Positions 55,907 to 64,000 of a stretch of DNA of 64,000 nt are shown piece after piece; within the stretch, counting starts at the first letter, position 1, and the number at the start of each line of letters is the position of its first letter. The position numbers and the translations under genes are program-made. Source of the stretch: Ruthenibacterium lactatiformans. GTDB taxonomy: Bacteria > Bacillota > Clostridia > Oscillospirales > Ruminococcaceae. The DNA lies in the NCBI RefSeq assembly GCF_000949455.1, contig NZ_JXXK01000003.1, positions 70,831 through 134,830 on the forward strand. The letters are read 5' to 3'. The notes below the pieces were generated by a model. The model saw nothing but the letters and a program-made list of their open reading frames with translations. It searched no databases and was not told the origin of the DNA.

Positions 55907-56413
55907 CTACCGCTTTGCCCGTTTCCTTTTGGCAGCCCGCACTGCCGCACCCACCGCCATACCGGCAACCGCGCACAGCAATCCGGGCAGAAAGGCGGAC
56001 AGCTCCGGCAGATTGAATTTTTGAAACGAGGCCATATTGCTCAGGCTGAACGTCACATAAGGCCCCAGCATGCTCATCGCTCCAAAAAAGAACAGCATTG
56101 TCCGTTTGCAGCCGTCCCACGCCCGGCCGCATCCGATGAAAAAGGACAGCACCAGCGTGCTCAACGGGAGAACGGCATAAAACACCACCAGCGAGTACCC
56201 CATTGCATCCGTTCTGCCGCCCATCCAAAACGCAAGAACAGACACCCCCCAGACCACAAGATACACCGTAACCAAAACAAACCGTAAAAACGCCCGGCGG
56301 CTTTTCACCGCATCCTTGCTTTCCTCCCGGTGCGCCAGCAAAGACGCGTCGTCTCTTTCCTGTGTCTGGCCCGCCTCCAGCCGCGCGCCCTTCAGTTTCT
56401 GTGCAGGCTTCAT
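55907..56413 (-). CDS. small membrane protein (4 TM)
   Basis: 168 aa, RBS GGGAGG; hydrophobic core FLRFVLVTVYLVVWGVSVLAFW... Confidence 0.45.
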   Translation of the reverse strand: MKPAQKLKGARLEAGQTQERDDASLLAHREESKDAVKSRRAFLRFVLVTVYLVVWGVSVLAFWMGGRTDAMGYSLVVFYAVLPLSTLVLSFFIGCGRAWDGCKRTMLFFFGAMSMLGPYVTFSLSNMASFQKFNLPELSAFLPGLLCAVAGMAVGAAVRAAKRKRAKR

Positions 56414-56510
56414 TTTACCGCCTCCCTACCCCTTTTAAGGTACGGCAAAAGCATTTCAAATACAAGCAAATCCCTATTCCATTCCATCGGGACAGGTGTC
56501 AAATCCCACG

Positions 56511-57197
56511 TTACAGCAGCCTGCGCAGCACAGAATCCGCCGCCAGCGCATGCAGGCTGCACGCCACATCCTCCATGCGGTGCGCGTCCGACGAGGACAG
56601 CACCTCCAGCCCAGCGGGCAGCAGCCCTTTCTCCACCAGGCCGCCCAAACGGGAAGCGTCGTGCAGCTCAACGGCTGCAAAGGGCAGATCCTCCGGCAAA
56701 AAACCAAGTACTGAAAGCAGCGCGTAGCTGTCCTTTTCCACATGCGCGGGCACAGCAACGCCCCCAAGTGCCTCGCAGGCGGCCTTTACCTCGTAAATAT
56801 CCATCGACACCGCGCCCGTCAGCAGTTTGTCCACAGTGCGCAGCACTTCGTCGTTTTCATCCATCACCAGCTGACGGCCCCATACGGCGGGATCATACGG
56901 GAACTCCGGCAGCGCGGCATACAGCAAGCGGCCGAATTCCAGCGCTGTATCCACGGTTTTGAAGTAACACAAAACATGAATTTCTTCGGCGGTATTTACC
57001 TCGACGCCCGGCAGCAGGCGCAGGCCGTATGCGTTGCAGCAGCACTGTACCGCCGGCAGATTGTCCGCGGCGTTGTGGTCTGTCACAGCAATCAGCTCCG
57101 CGCCCGCCAGCTTGGCCAGCCCGGCGATGTTCGCGGGCGTCATATCGTCCTCGGCGCAGGGCGAAAGACAGGAATGCATATGCAGGTCATACAGCAA
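56511..57197 (-). CDS. PHP-domain phosphoesterase
   Basis: (TTG)LYDLHMHSCLSPCAEDD... PHP motif I HxH, later His clusters; TTG start inferred from frame and RBS GGGGGA. Confidence 0.65.
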   Translation of the reverse strand: MLYDLHMHSCLSPCAEDDMTPANIAGLAKLAGAELIAVTDHNAADNLPAVQCCCNAYGLRLLPGVEVNTAEEIHVLCYFKTVDTALEFGRLLYAALPEFPYDPAVWGRQLVMDENDEVLRTVDKLLTGAVSMDIYEVKAACEALGGVAVPAHVEKDSYALLSVLGFLPEDLPFAAVELHDASRLGGLVEKGLLPAGLEVLSSSDAHRMEDVACSLHALAADSVLRRLL

Positions 57198-57241
57198 AAC
57201 CCCATCCCCCGCTTTCTTTCACAGTCGGAGTAAAAGCGCTG

Positions 57242-57448
57242 TCAGCCTTCTCCGTCCTCCACGAAAAACATTCCCGCCGCCAGTGCGATCACGCCGGCCG
57301 CCACTGCCGCAATGGGCAGATGATGGACGACAAATTCACTGTATACATAGCTGATGCTCCAAAGGCGGAAAAATATCCCCACCAGGATGAGACCGATGCC
57401 CAGCAGCATCACTTTGACCGAGCGCATGCTTTTTCCTTCTTTCTTCAC
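57242..57448 (-). CDS. small membrane protein (68 aa, 2 TM)
   Basis: hydrophobic, positioned and coupled within operon. Confidence 0.3.
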   Translation of the reverse strand: MKKEGKSMRSVKVMLLGIGLILVGIFFRLWSISYVYSEFVVHHLPIAAVAAGVIALAAGMFFVEDGEG

Positions 57449-57774
57449 AGCTTCATTGCCCTGGCCAGCGCAAAGCCGGCCTCAAACTCGGGCAGATCTG
57501 TGGTGAAAATATTGATTCCCTGTTCTTCCGCCCGCGTTTTCGCCACCGCGTCCAGCGCCGCGCCATGGCATAGAACGATGCAGGCGCAGTCCGCCAGGGC
57601 AGCCACGGCAACCGCATTTACATTGCCCATCACCGTGAACCAAGCGTCGCCTTCCTTGGCCCGGCCCATCGCCCAGCTCAGCAGGTCGCCCGTAAAAATG
57701 CCCGCGATCTCCCGCGTCTCTGCCTCCACAGCGGGCGCGAAGCCGCACGCAGCGGAAAGCTCTTTTGTCGTCAT
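57445..57774 (-). CDS. DRTGG-domain protein
   Basis: 109 aa; ...GDLLSWAMGRAKEGDAWFTVMGNVNAVAVA... DRTGG-like; typical companion of hydrogenase-sensor modules. Confidence 0.55.
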   Translation of the reverse strand: MTTKELSAACGFAPAVEAETREIAGIFTGDLLSWAMGRAKEGDAWFTVMGNVNAVAVAALADCACIVLCHGAALDAVAKTRAEEQGINIFTTDLPEFEAGFALARAMKL

Positions 57775-57778
57775 CCCG

Positions 57779-59053
57779 TCACTCCCCTTTTCCCAGCGCC
57801 TTGAGCACGGCCTCCATGCGGCGGCGCATCAAAACAGTGCAGTCGTTTACGGCAGCCTTGCCCCGCACTACGTCCTCGGCCAGCGCGGCACAGGTGGGCG
57901 CCCCGCAGCTGCCGCAGTCCAGCCCCGGCAGCTCGGCCAGGATCTCCTCCATCTGGTTGTAGCGCTCAAACCGTTCGGTACGCGTACCGCCCAGCTCCAG
58001 TACGGGAGCATAGGTAAGGTCTGTGTCCCACAGCATCTCCGTGGGAATGCTGCCCGAAAGATGGTTCTTGCTCACAGGCACGTAACGCCGCAGGCGTTTG
58101 ATCTTCGCTTTTGCAATGTACGGGTTTTCCACCTGCAGCACGCCGCCCACGCAGCCGCCCGCACAGGCGTCCAGCTCTACAAAGTCCAGGTCCCGGTATT
58201 TTTCATCCTCCAGGTCCTCCAGCACGCGGATGACGTTCTCGATGCCGTCCGCCGCAAGATAGCTGTCGGTGGAGATCAGGCCCGCGGCCTCGCCGCCGCT
58301 CTCGGCCCAACCCAGGCCGATGCGTCCGGCGCTGGCCAGATAATCCATCTGCGAGATACGCTTCATGGACGCCAGCAGACGCGGGTACACCTCCTTGATG
58401 GCCACCGCGCCATCCACCTCGCTGCGGGACGAGCCGATGGGCGAATGGATGGCCGTCACCTTGGCCGGGCACGGCGTGATGAAAATGCAGCCAATGTCCT
58501 CCTTCGGCAGGCCGGTTCTGCGCACGGCCTCTTTTTTGGCCAGGCGCGCGGCCAGCTCGATGGGCGCGACCAGCGGCAGCACATGGTCGATGAGCTGTGG
58601 AAAGCGCACGCGGATGAGCCGCGTCACCGCCGGACAGGCCGAACTGATCACAGGCCGTTCGATGCTGCCTGTCTGCAGAATGCGTCGTGTGGCGTCGCTG
58701 ACAAGCTCCGCGGCCTTTGCCACCTCGTACACATCGTCGAAGCCCATATCCAAAAGTGCTGCCAGCACCACATCCTGCTCCTCCAAATTGTTATACTGTC
58801 CGTATAAACTCGGTGGAGGTAAAGCAATTGTATATTTGAAATCATCCAAAATCGTCAACGGGTCATACAGCGGCTTCTTTGCATGATGCGGACAGATGCG
58901 GATGCACTCGCCGCAGTCGATGCAGCGCTCGGCCAGGATATGCGCCTTGCCGTCGCGCACGCGGATGGCCTCGGTGGGGCAGCGCTTGATGCAGTTGATG
59001 CACCCTTTGCACAGGTCCTTGTCCAGGGTGACCGAGTGAATGAATTTTTCCAA
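57779..59053 (-). CDS. [FeFe]-hydrogenase-like protein with two 4Fe-4S ferredoxin motifs and degenerate H-cluster motifs (putative sensory/regulatory hydrogenase)
   Basis: CKGCINCIKRCP and CIDCGECIRICP ferredoxin motifs; H-domain motifs L1 SSACPA (one Cys), L2 ITPCPAK, L3 ELDACAGGCVGG; C-terminal Cys cluster DCGSCGAPTC; TTG start with RBS AAAGGAGG. Confidence 0.65.
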   Translation of the reverse strand: MEKFIHSVTLDKDLCKGCINCIKRCPTEAIRVRDGKAHILAERCIDCGECIRICPHHAKKPLYDPLTILDDFKYTIALPPPSLYGQYNNLEEQDVVLAALLDMGFDDVYEVAKAAELVSDATRRILQTGSIERPVISSACPAVTRLIRVRFPQLIDHVLPLVAPIELAARLAKKEAVRRTGLPKEDIGCIFITPCPAKVTAIHSPIGSSRSEVDGAVAIKEVYPRLLASMKRISQMDYLASAGRIGLGWAESGGEAAGLISTDSYLAADGIENVIRVLEDLEDEKYRDLDFVELDACAGGCVGGVLQVENPYIAKAKIKRLRRYVPVSKNHLSGSIPTEMLWDTDLTYAPVLELGGTRTERFERYNQMEEILAELPGLDCGSCGAPTCAALAEDVVRGKAAVNDCTVLMRRRMEAVLKALGKGE

Positions 59054-59102
59054 GCATGCCGCCTCCTTTCCTCAGATGCTCCGCCGCGCGCGGCGGCGGG
59101 CC

Positions 59103-59618
59103 TCAAATAAAATACAACGCCAGCAGCGCGGCGCCTGCCGCGGTAAGCACCACAGCCCATATGAAATCGGCACGCACAGCGTGCATCGGAGCGGCGTCTC
59201 CGTCCAGCGCATATTCGCCGGGGCGCGCAGGGTCATACAGCACCTGCACACGCTGGCCGATGCGCCACGCTCCTTCCCGGCTGCCTCCGGTGGCGATCCA
59301 TTCAGTCTCCCCGCCGTTCACGGTGAACCGGACGCAGGGGTACCAGTTCCACTGCGTCATCGCCTGCGGGATACTGAGAAAGCCATGTGCACCGTTGGCT
59401 GTAGTGCGGCCCCAGTACTGGTACGCCACTTTGGGAACATCGCCCTGCTTTTCATAACGCATCGGCAGGCGGTGGCGCACAAGGCCGCACACCACGCCCT
59501 CCGCTTTGGCCGGCGCCCGGCGGGCGCGGCGAAGCATCAGCGCCTCCACAAAGCCCCAGACGGCATTGAATATGCCAAGTACAACGCACGCGGCTCCCAA
59601 TACCATGATCCACAACAT
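59103..59618 (-). CDS. DUF3592-like membrane-anchored protein
   Basis: start MLWIMVLGAACVVLGIF with RBS AAAGGAGGA; TM + beta-rich domain + C-terminal TM. Confidence 0.45.
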   Translation of the reverse strand: MLWIMVLGAACVVLGIFNAVWGFVEALMLRRARRAPAKAEGVVCGLVRHRLPMRYEKQGDVPKVAYQYWGRTTANGAHGFLSIPQAMTQWNWYPCVRFTVNGGETEWIATGGSREGAWRIGQRVQVLYDPARPGEYALDGDAAPMHAVRADFIWAVVLTAAGAALLALYFI

Positions 59619-59811
59619 AAGGCATCCTCCTTTCGGCCGGGCCGTATCATACGGCCGTCCGCTTTGAAACGTTTCTTTCCCGCGTCTTCGCACAGAGCGC
59701 CGCATCAAGGCACGGCTGCTCCCGCAGCAGCGGCCGGCAGCACCGCAGCCCCACACACAGAATAACGCCTGGAGACACGGCTGCGTTTCACCCCGCAACG
59801 AAAAACGTCCC

Positions 59812-60234
59812 TCAGTCGATGTTCACAAGCATCTTCACCGTGGTGCCCACGCCTACGGTGGACTGGATGTCAAATTCATCTGAATATTTTTTCATATTGG
59901 GCAGGCCCATGCCCGCGCCGAAGCCGAGGCTTCGCACCTCGTCGGGCGCGGTGCTCCACCCTTCGCTCATGGCCAGGGCAATGTCCGGGATGCCTGGGCC
60001 CTGATCCGTCAGCGTCATATCCACTCTCTCATCGGTAACGGCCACGTCGATCTCGCCGCCGCCCGCGTGGATGGCCAGGTTGATCTCTCCCTCATACAGT
60101 GCGATGGCAACCTTACGCACAGCGTCCGCAGGGATCCCCAGTTTCTTCAGCCGTGCCTTCAAATCGGCGCTGGCCTCCCCCGCACGGGTGAAATCGTCCC
60201 CGGGCACGGTATAATGCAGGCGGATCGCGTCCAT
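59812..60234 (-). CDS. histidine-kinase-like ATPase (anti-sigma regulatory factor type)
   Basis: ...DERVDMTLTDQGPGIPD...GFGAGMGLPNMKKYSDEFDI... N and G boxes; start overlaps DRTGG stop (ATGA). Confidence 0.6.
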   Translation of the reverse strand: MDAIRLHYTVPGDDFTRAGEASADLKARLKKLGIPADAVRKVAIALYEGEINLAIHAGGGEIDVAVTDERVDMTLTDQGPGIPDIALAMSEGWSTAPDEVRSLGFGAGMGLPNMKKYSDEFDIQSTVGVGTTVKMLVNID

Positions 60235-60581
60235 CACGCCATCCCCCCGCGCAGCCCTTTTTCGTACAGCAGGCCGCACGCCGCGAACATGGGCAGCTTT
60301 GTAGCCAACACGGCGATGCCCCGGTCCACCGCCAGCTGCAGGATGGCGCCGTCCGGCTTTTTGCCGCGCACAAACACGATGCAGATCATGTCCATCATGT
60401 CCGCGGTGCGCACCACCTGCGGGTTGTTCAGGCCTGTGACAAGCACGGCCTGGTCTTTCACATAGGCCAGCACGTCGCTCATCATGTCGCTGCCGCAGGC
60501 CGCGTGCACCTCACGGGTGAGGTCCGCCTCCGGCGTCAGCAGCTCGGCGTCCAGCGTTTCCATTACTTGCTTGATGGTCAT
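60234..60581 (-). CDS. DRTGG-domain protein
   Basis: MTIKQVMETLDAELLTPEADL...VLVTGLNNPQVVRTADMMDMICIVFVRGKKPD. Confidence 0.6.
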   Translation of the reverse strand: MTIKQVMETLDAELLTPEADLTREVHAACGSDMMSDVLAYVKDQAVLVTGLNNPQVVRTADMMDMICIVFVRGKKPDGAILQLAVDRGIAVLATKLPMFAACGLLYEKGLRGGMA

Positions 60582-60874
60582 TGCGCTTCCACTCCATTTC
60601 TGCCCGCGCGGCTGCGCGGCGGCATAAGCAGCCCCGGTGACAGGGGCTCACCTTAAGTATACGGGAAACCCGTTCCGAAAACAAGCGCGCCGGGCCGCTT
60701 TGCCGTTGTGTTTCTGCACAGTTTTTTACGCATAAATTCTACATCTGTGCTATAAAGTAGCAGCCGCTAACTTGTCGTTTTTTTAACAAATTTCTGTTAT
60801 AATCAAATACAACTGGGCCAAAGCACGGTTTGTTTGCCCGTACCTGGCCCAACTTACAAACGGGAGGACTATAT

Positions 60875-61363
60875 ATGAGGCGCTTTTCCACTGTGCCCTT
60901 CAAGGGCACAAAAGAGCAGGAAGCCGAACTGGTGGCCTGGCTCGAGGAGCACAAAGCGACGCCCGGCGTGGCCATGCCGGCGCTGCAGAAGGCTCAGGAG
61001 ATCTATGGGTATCTACCCATCGAGGTGCAGCGTATCGTGGCCAATACGCTGGGCAAACCTCTGGCGGAAATTTATGGAATTTCCACGTTTTATTCGCAGT
61101 TCAGCCTTTGTCCGAAGGGTGAATACAAAATCAGCGTTTGCCTGGGCACGGCGTGCTATGTAAAGGGCAGCGGCAAGATCTACGAGAAGCTGCAGGAAAA
61201 ACTGCATATTTCGGGCGGCGAATGCACGGAAGACGGCAAGTTCAGCCTGGACGCATGCCGCTGCATCGGCGCGTGCGGCCTGGCCCCTGTCATGACGATC
61301 AACGACGATGTATACGGCCGCCTGACGGGCGACGAACTCGACGAGATCCTGGCAAAATATTGA
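60875..61363 (+). CDS. NuoE-like [2Fe-2S] thioredoxin-fold subunit (HydC-type, bifurcating hydrogenase)
   Basis: ...LCPKGEYKISVCLGTACYVKGSG...CRCIGACGLAPV 2Fe-2S motif; start ATG 60875 with RBS GGGAGGA. Confidence 0.8.
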   Translation: MRRFSTVPFKGTKEQEAELVAWLEEHKATPGVAMPALQKAQEIYGYLPIEVQRIVANTLGKPLAEIYGISTFYSQFSLCPKGEYKISVCLGTACYVKGSGKIYEKLQEKLHISGGECTEDGKFSLDACRCIGACGLAPVMTINDDVYGRLTGDELDEILAKY

Positions 61364-61437
61364 GCTTATACTTATGTTAGGATGAGGTAAGCACACCATT
61401 TACCGCACCACACCGGACACGAAAGGCGGGCGCCGAT

Positions 61438-61995
61438 ATGCAGGAACTTTCAATGAACGTTCTGGACGTGGCGGAAAATTCCGTCGCAGCCGGGGCTACG
61501 CTGGTCGCCATCACGCTTTCCATTGATACCGCAGCAAAACGCATGACGCTGGCCATCACGGACAACGGCAAGGGTATGCCGCCGGAGATGGCGGCCCGTG
61601 TGACAGACCCGTTCTGCACCACGCGCAAAACGCGCAAGGTCGGGCTGGGCCTGCCGCTTTTGAAAATGGCGGCCGAGATGACGGGAGGCGCGCTTTCCAT
61701 CGAAAGCACAGTTGGAAAAGGTACCTGTGTAACGGCCTGGTTCACACTGGGCCACATCGACCTTGCTCCGTTGGGCGATATGTCCGCCACGGTGGCGGGG
61801 CTCATCCAGTGCAGCCCGGACATCGACTTTGTGTACACCGTGCAGGCCGACGGCGAGCAGTTCGCCGCAGACACGCGCGAGCTGCGTGCGGTGCTGGACG
61901 GCGTGCCCCTGAGCGAGCCGTCCGTAGCGCTTTGGCTGCGGGAATATCTTGCCGAGAACACCGAACAACTTTTACAAAAGGAGAACGCTGTATGA
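61438..61995 (+). CDS. histidine-kinase-like ATPase domain protein
   Basis: MQELSMNVLDVAENSVAAGAT...ITDNGKGMPPE...GLGLPLLKMAAEMTGG. Confidence 0.6.
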   Translation: MQELSMNVLDVAENSVAAGATLVAITLSIDTAAKRMTLAITDNGKGMPPEMAARVTDPFCTTRKTRKVGLGLPLLKMAAEMTGGALSIESTVGKGTCVTAWFTLGHIDLAPLGDMSATVAGLIQCSPDIDFVYTVQADGEQFAADTRELRAVLDGVPLSEPSVALWLREYLAENTEQLLQKENAV

Positions 61996-62360
61996 AAAGC
62001 TTAGAAGAACTTGCCGCCATCCGCGACAAGATGAAACAGACCGTGAATACGCGGGAAGCGGCGCACGATTCCACGCGCGTCGTGGTCGGCATGGCCACCT
62101 GCGGCATCGCCGCAGGCGCGCGCCCTGTGCTGAACGCCTTTACCGAAGAGGTCGCCCGGCGCGACCTGCACGGCGTGCTCGTCACCCAGACGGGCTGCAT
62201 CGGCATCTGCCAGTACGAGCCGGTGGTGGAGATCACCTGCCCCGGCCAGGAAAAGGTCACCTATGTAAAAATGACGCCCGAGAAAGTCGCGCGCGTCGTG
62301 TCCGAGCATCTTGTGGGCGGGCATCCCGTCACCGAGTACACCATCGGCAACGTACGGTAA
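61992..62360 (+). CDS. thioredoxin-like [2Fe-2S] ferredoxin domain protein
   Basis: ...VVVGMATCGIAAGARPV...TGCIGICQYEP...; start ATG 61992 overlapping upstream stop (ATGA), RBS AAGGAGAA. Confidence 0.65.
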   Translation: MKSLEELAAIRDKMKQTVNTREAAHDSTRVVVGMATCGIAAGARPVLNAFTEEVARRDLHGVLVTQTGCIGICQYEPVVEITCPGQEKVTYVKMTPEKVARVVSEHLVGGHPVTEYTIGNVR

Positions 62361-62372
62361 GGAGGAGAAGCA

Positions 62373-64000
62373 ATGTTTAGAAGCCATGTAATGGTCTGCG
62401 GCGGCACCGGCTGCACCTCCTCCGGCAGCGATAAGATCGCGAAGGCCTTCGAGGACGAGATTCTTGCCACCGGCCTGGAAAATGAAGTCAAGGTCATCCG
62501 CACGGGCTGCTTCGGCCTGTGCGCGCTGGGCCCCATCGTCGTCATCTATCCCGAGGGCAGCTTTTACAGCATGGTCAAGGAAGAGGACGTCAAGGAAATC
62601 GTGGACGAGCACCTGCTGAAGGGCCGCCCCGTCACACGCCTCCTGTACGACGAGACTGTCGCTGAGGACAACACCGTCAAAAGCCTGGACGACACCGCGT
62701 TCTACAAAAAGCAGAAGCGCATCGCGCTGCGCAACTGCGGCGTTATCAACCCCGAGAACATCGACGAATACATCGCCTTCGACGGCTATCAGGCGCTGGG
62801 CAAGGTGCTCACTGAAATGACGCCGGACGACGTCATCCAGACGATCCTGGACTCCGGCCTGCGCGGCCGCGGCGGCGCAGGTTTCCCCACCGGCCGCAAA
62901 TGGCAGCTTGCCTCGGGCAACCGCGGCAATGTGCAGAAATATGTATGCTGCAACGCCGACGAGGGCGACCCCGGCGCATTTATGGACCGCAGCGTGCTGG
63001 AGGGCGACCCCCACGTTGTCATCGAAGCCATGGCCATCGCGGGCTATGCCATCGGCGCCTCGCAGGGTTATGTGTACATCCGCGCCGAGTACCCCATCGC
63101 CGTGCACCGTCTGCAGGTCGCCATCGACCAGGCGCGCGAATACGGCCTGCTGGGCAACAACATCTTTGGCACCGATTTCTGCTTTGACCTGGACATCAAG
63201 CTGGGCGCCGGCGCCTTTGTGTGCGGCGAGGAGACCGCTTTGATGACCTCCATCGAGGGCAAGCGCGGCGAGCCGCGTCCCCGTCCCCCGTTCCCGGCCG
63301 TCAAGGGCCTGTTCGGCAAGCCCACCATCCTGAACAACGTGGAGACCTATGCCAACGTGCCGCAGATCATCCTGAAGGGCGCGGACTGGTTCGCCAGCAT
63401 GGGCACCGAGAAGAGCAAGGGCACCAAGGTGTTCGCGCTGGGCGGCAAGATCAAGAATACCGGCCTTGTAGAGATTCCCATGGGCACCACGCTGCGCACC
63501 ATCGTCGAGGAGATCGGCGGCGGCATCCCGGGCGGCAAAAAGTTCAAAGCCGCGCAGACGGGCGGCCCCTCCGGCGGCTGCATCCCGGCCAGTCTCATCG
63601 ACACACCCATCGACTACGACAACCTGCTTGCCATCGGCAGCATGATGGGCTCTGGCGGCCTCATCGTCATGGACGAGGACACCTGCATGGTGGATATCGC
63701 CAAGTTCTTCCTGGAATTCACCGTAGACGAAAGCTGCGGCAAGTGCACGCCGTGCCGCGTGGGCACCAAGCGTCTGCTGGAGCTGCTGAACAAGATCACG
63801 GACGGCAAGGGCACCATGGAGGATCTGGACAAGATCACAGAGCTGGCCGAATTCATCAAATCCAACAGCCTGTGCGGCCTGGGCCAGACAGCCCCGAACC
63901 CCGTCCTCTCCACACTGCGCTACTTCCGCGACGAATATGTGGAGCACATCGTCAACAAGCGCTGCCCGGCGGGCGTGTGCAAGGCGCTGCTGAACTACAA
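62373..64000 (+). CDS. NuoF-like NADH-binding/FMN/4Fe-4S subunit (HydB-type), 3'-truncated by window end
   Basis: N-terminal thioredoxin-like 2Fe-2S domain, GRGGAGFPTGRKW FMN/NADH site, C-x2-C-x2-C-x4-C cluster near 63730; RBS GGAGGAGAAG; the antisense ORF 62001..63947 was rejected. Confidence 0.85.
   Translation, partial: MFRSHVMVCGGTGCTSSGSDKIAKAFEDEILATGLENEVKVIRTGCFGLCALGPIVVIYPEGSFYSMVKEEDVKEIVDEHLLKGRPVTRLLYDETVAEDNTVKSLDDTAFYKKQKRIALRNCGVINPENIDEYIAFDGYQALGKVLTEMTPDDVIQTILDSGLRGRGGAGFPTGRKWQLASGNRGNVQKYVCCNADEGDPGAFMDRSVLEGDPHVVIEAMAIAGYAIGASQGYVYIRAEYPIAVHRLQVAIDQAREYGLLGNNIFGTDFCFDLDIKLGAGAFVCGEETALMTSIEGKRGEPRPRPPFPAVKGLFGKPTILNNVETYANVPQIILKGADWFASMGTEKSKGTKVFALGGKIKNTGLVEIPMGTTLRTIVEEIGGGIPGGKKFKAAQTGGPSGGCIPASLIDTPIDYDNLLAIGSMMGSGGLIVMDEDTCMVDIAKFFLEFTVDESCGKCTPCRVGTKRLLELLNKITDGKGTMEDLDKITELAEFIKSNSLCGLGQTAPNPVLSTLRYFRDEYVEHIVNKRCPAGVCKALLNY

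Noticed and set aside
62001-63947. 648-aa minus-strand ORF
   Set aside because: Antisense to the NuoF-like gene, which has unmistakable conserved motifs; artifact.
1-64000. CRISPR arrays
   Set aside because: No series of regularly spaced identical repeats of 24-48 bp was seen anywhere in the window.

Overview
High-GC (~62%) chromosomal segment from a spore-forming, strictly anaerobic Firmicutes (Clostridia-type) genome. Evidence for that placement is a near-identical SpoVT, an FtsH, divergent glyQS / tRNA-Pro, and the start of a NuoE/NuoF-type [FeFe] hydrogenase locus with a sensory-hydrogenase-like module.

Core content, in order:
- A maltodextrin ABC-permease pair followed by malQ.
- spoVT, then an ECF sigma / anti-sigma pair.
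- A NiaR repressor near a putative niacin-transporter gene.
- ftsH, then a MATE efflux gene, rpiB, a GT2 glycosyltransferase, and an OmpR-type two-component system.
- Two peptidases and glyQS.
- A long minus-strand catabolic cluster: a Liv-type ABC transporter, an IlvD/EDD dehydratase, a LacI regulator, an isomerase, four oxidoreductases, and an alpha-galactosidase operon.

Several low-GC accessory insertions interrupt this backbone:
1. A tRNA-Pro-adjacent island (28.6-35.1 kb). It encodes two tandem WYL-domain proteins, a ~480-nt highly structured intergenic RNA with tRNA-like T-arm hairpins, an SPFH/Band-7 protein, an RtcB RNA ligase, a small Cys-containing basic protein and a Pol-beta-type nucleotidyltransferase. 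This looks like an uncharacterised RNA-repair / stress or defence module and is the most interesting part of the window.
2. An IS200-family tnpA whose reading frame is split by a 1.58-kb inverted-repeat-bounded cassette. The cassette carries a strongly promoted SAM methyltransferase, a serine-recombinase remnant and about 500 bp of structured non-coding DNA.
3. A low-GC GIY-YIG nuclease gene wedged between the MATE and ytxH-like genes.

The MATE gene itself carries a +1 frameshift inside a (CT)4 tract. Many long ORFs in the six-frame track are GC-driven antisense artifacts and were not called.
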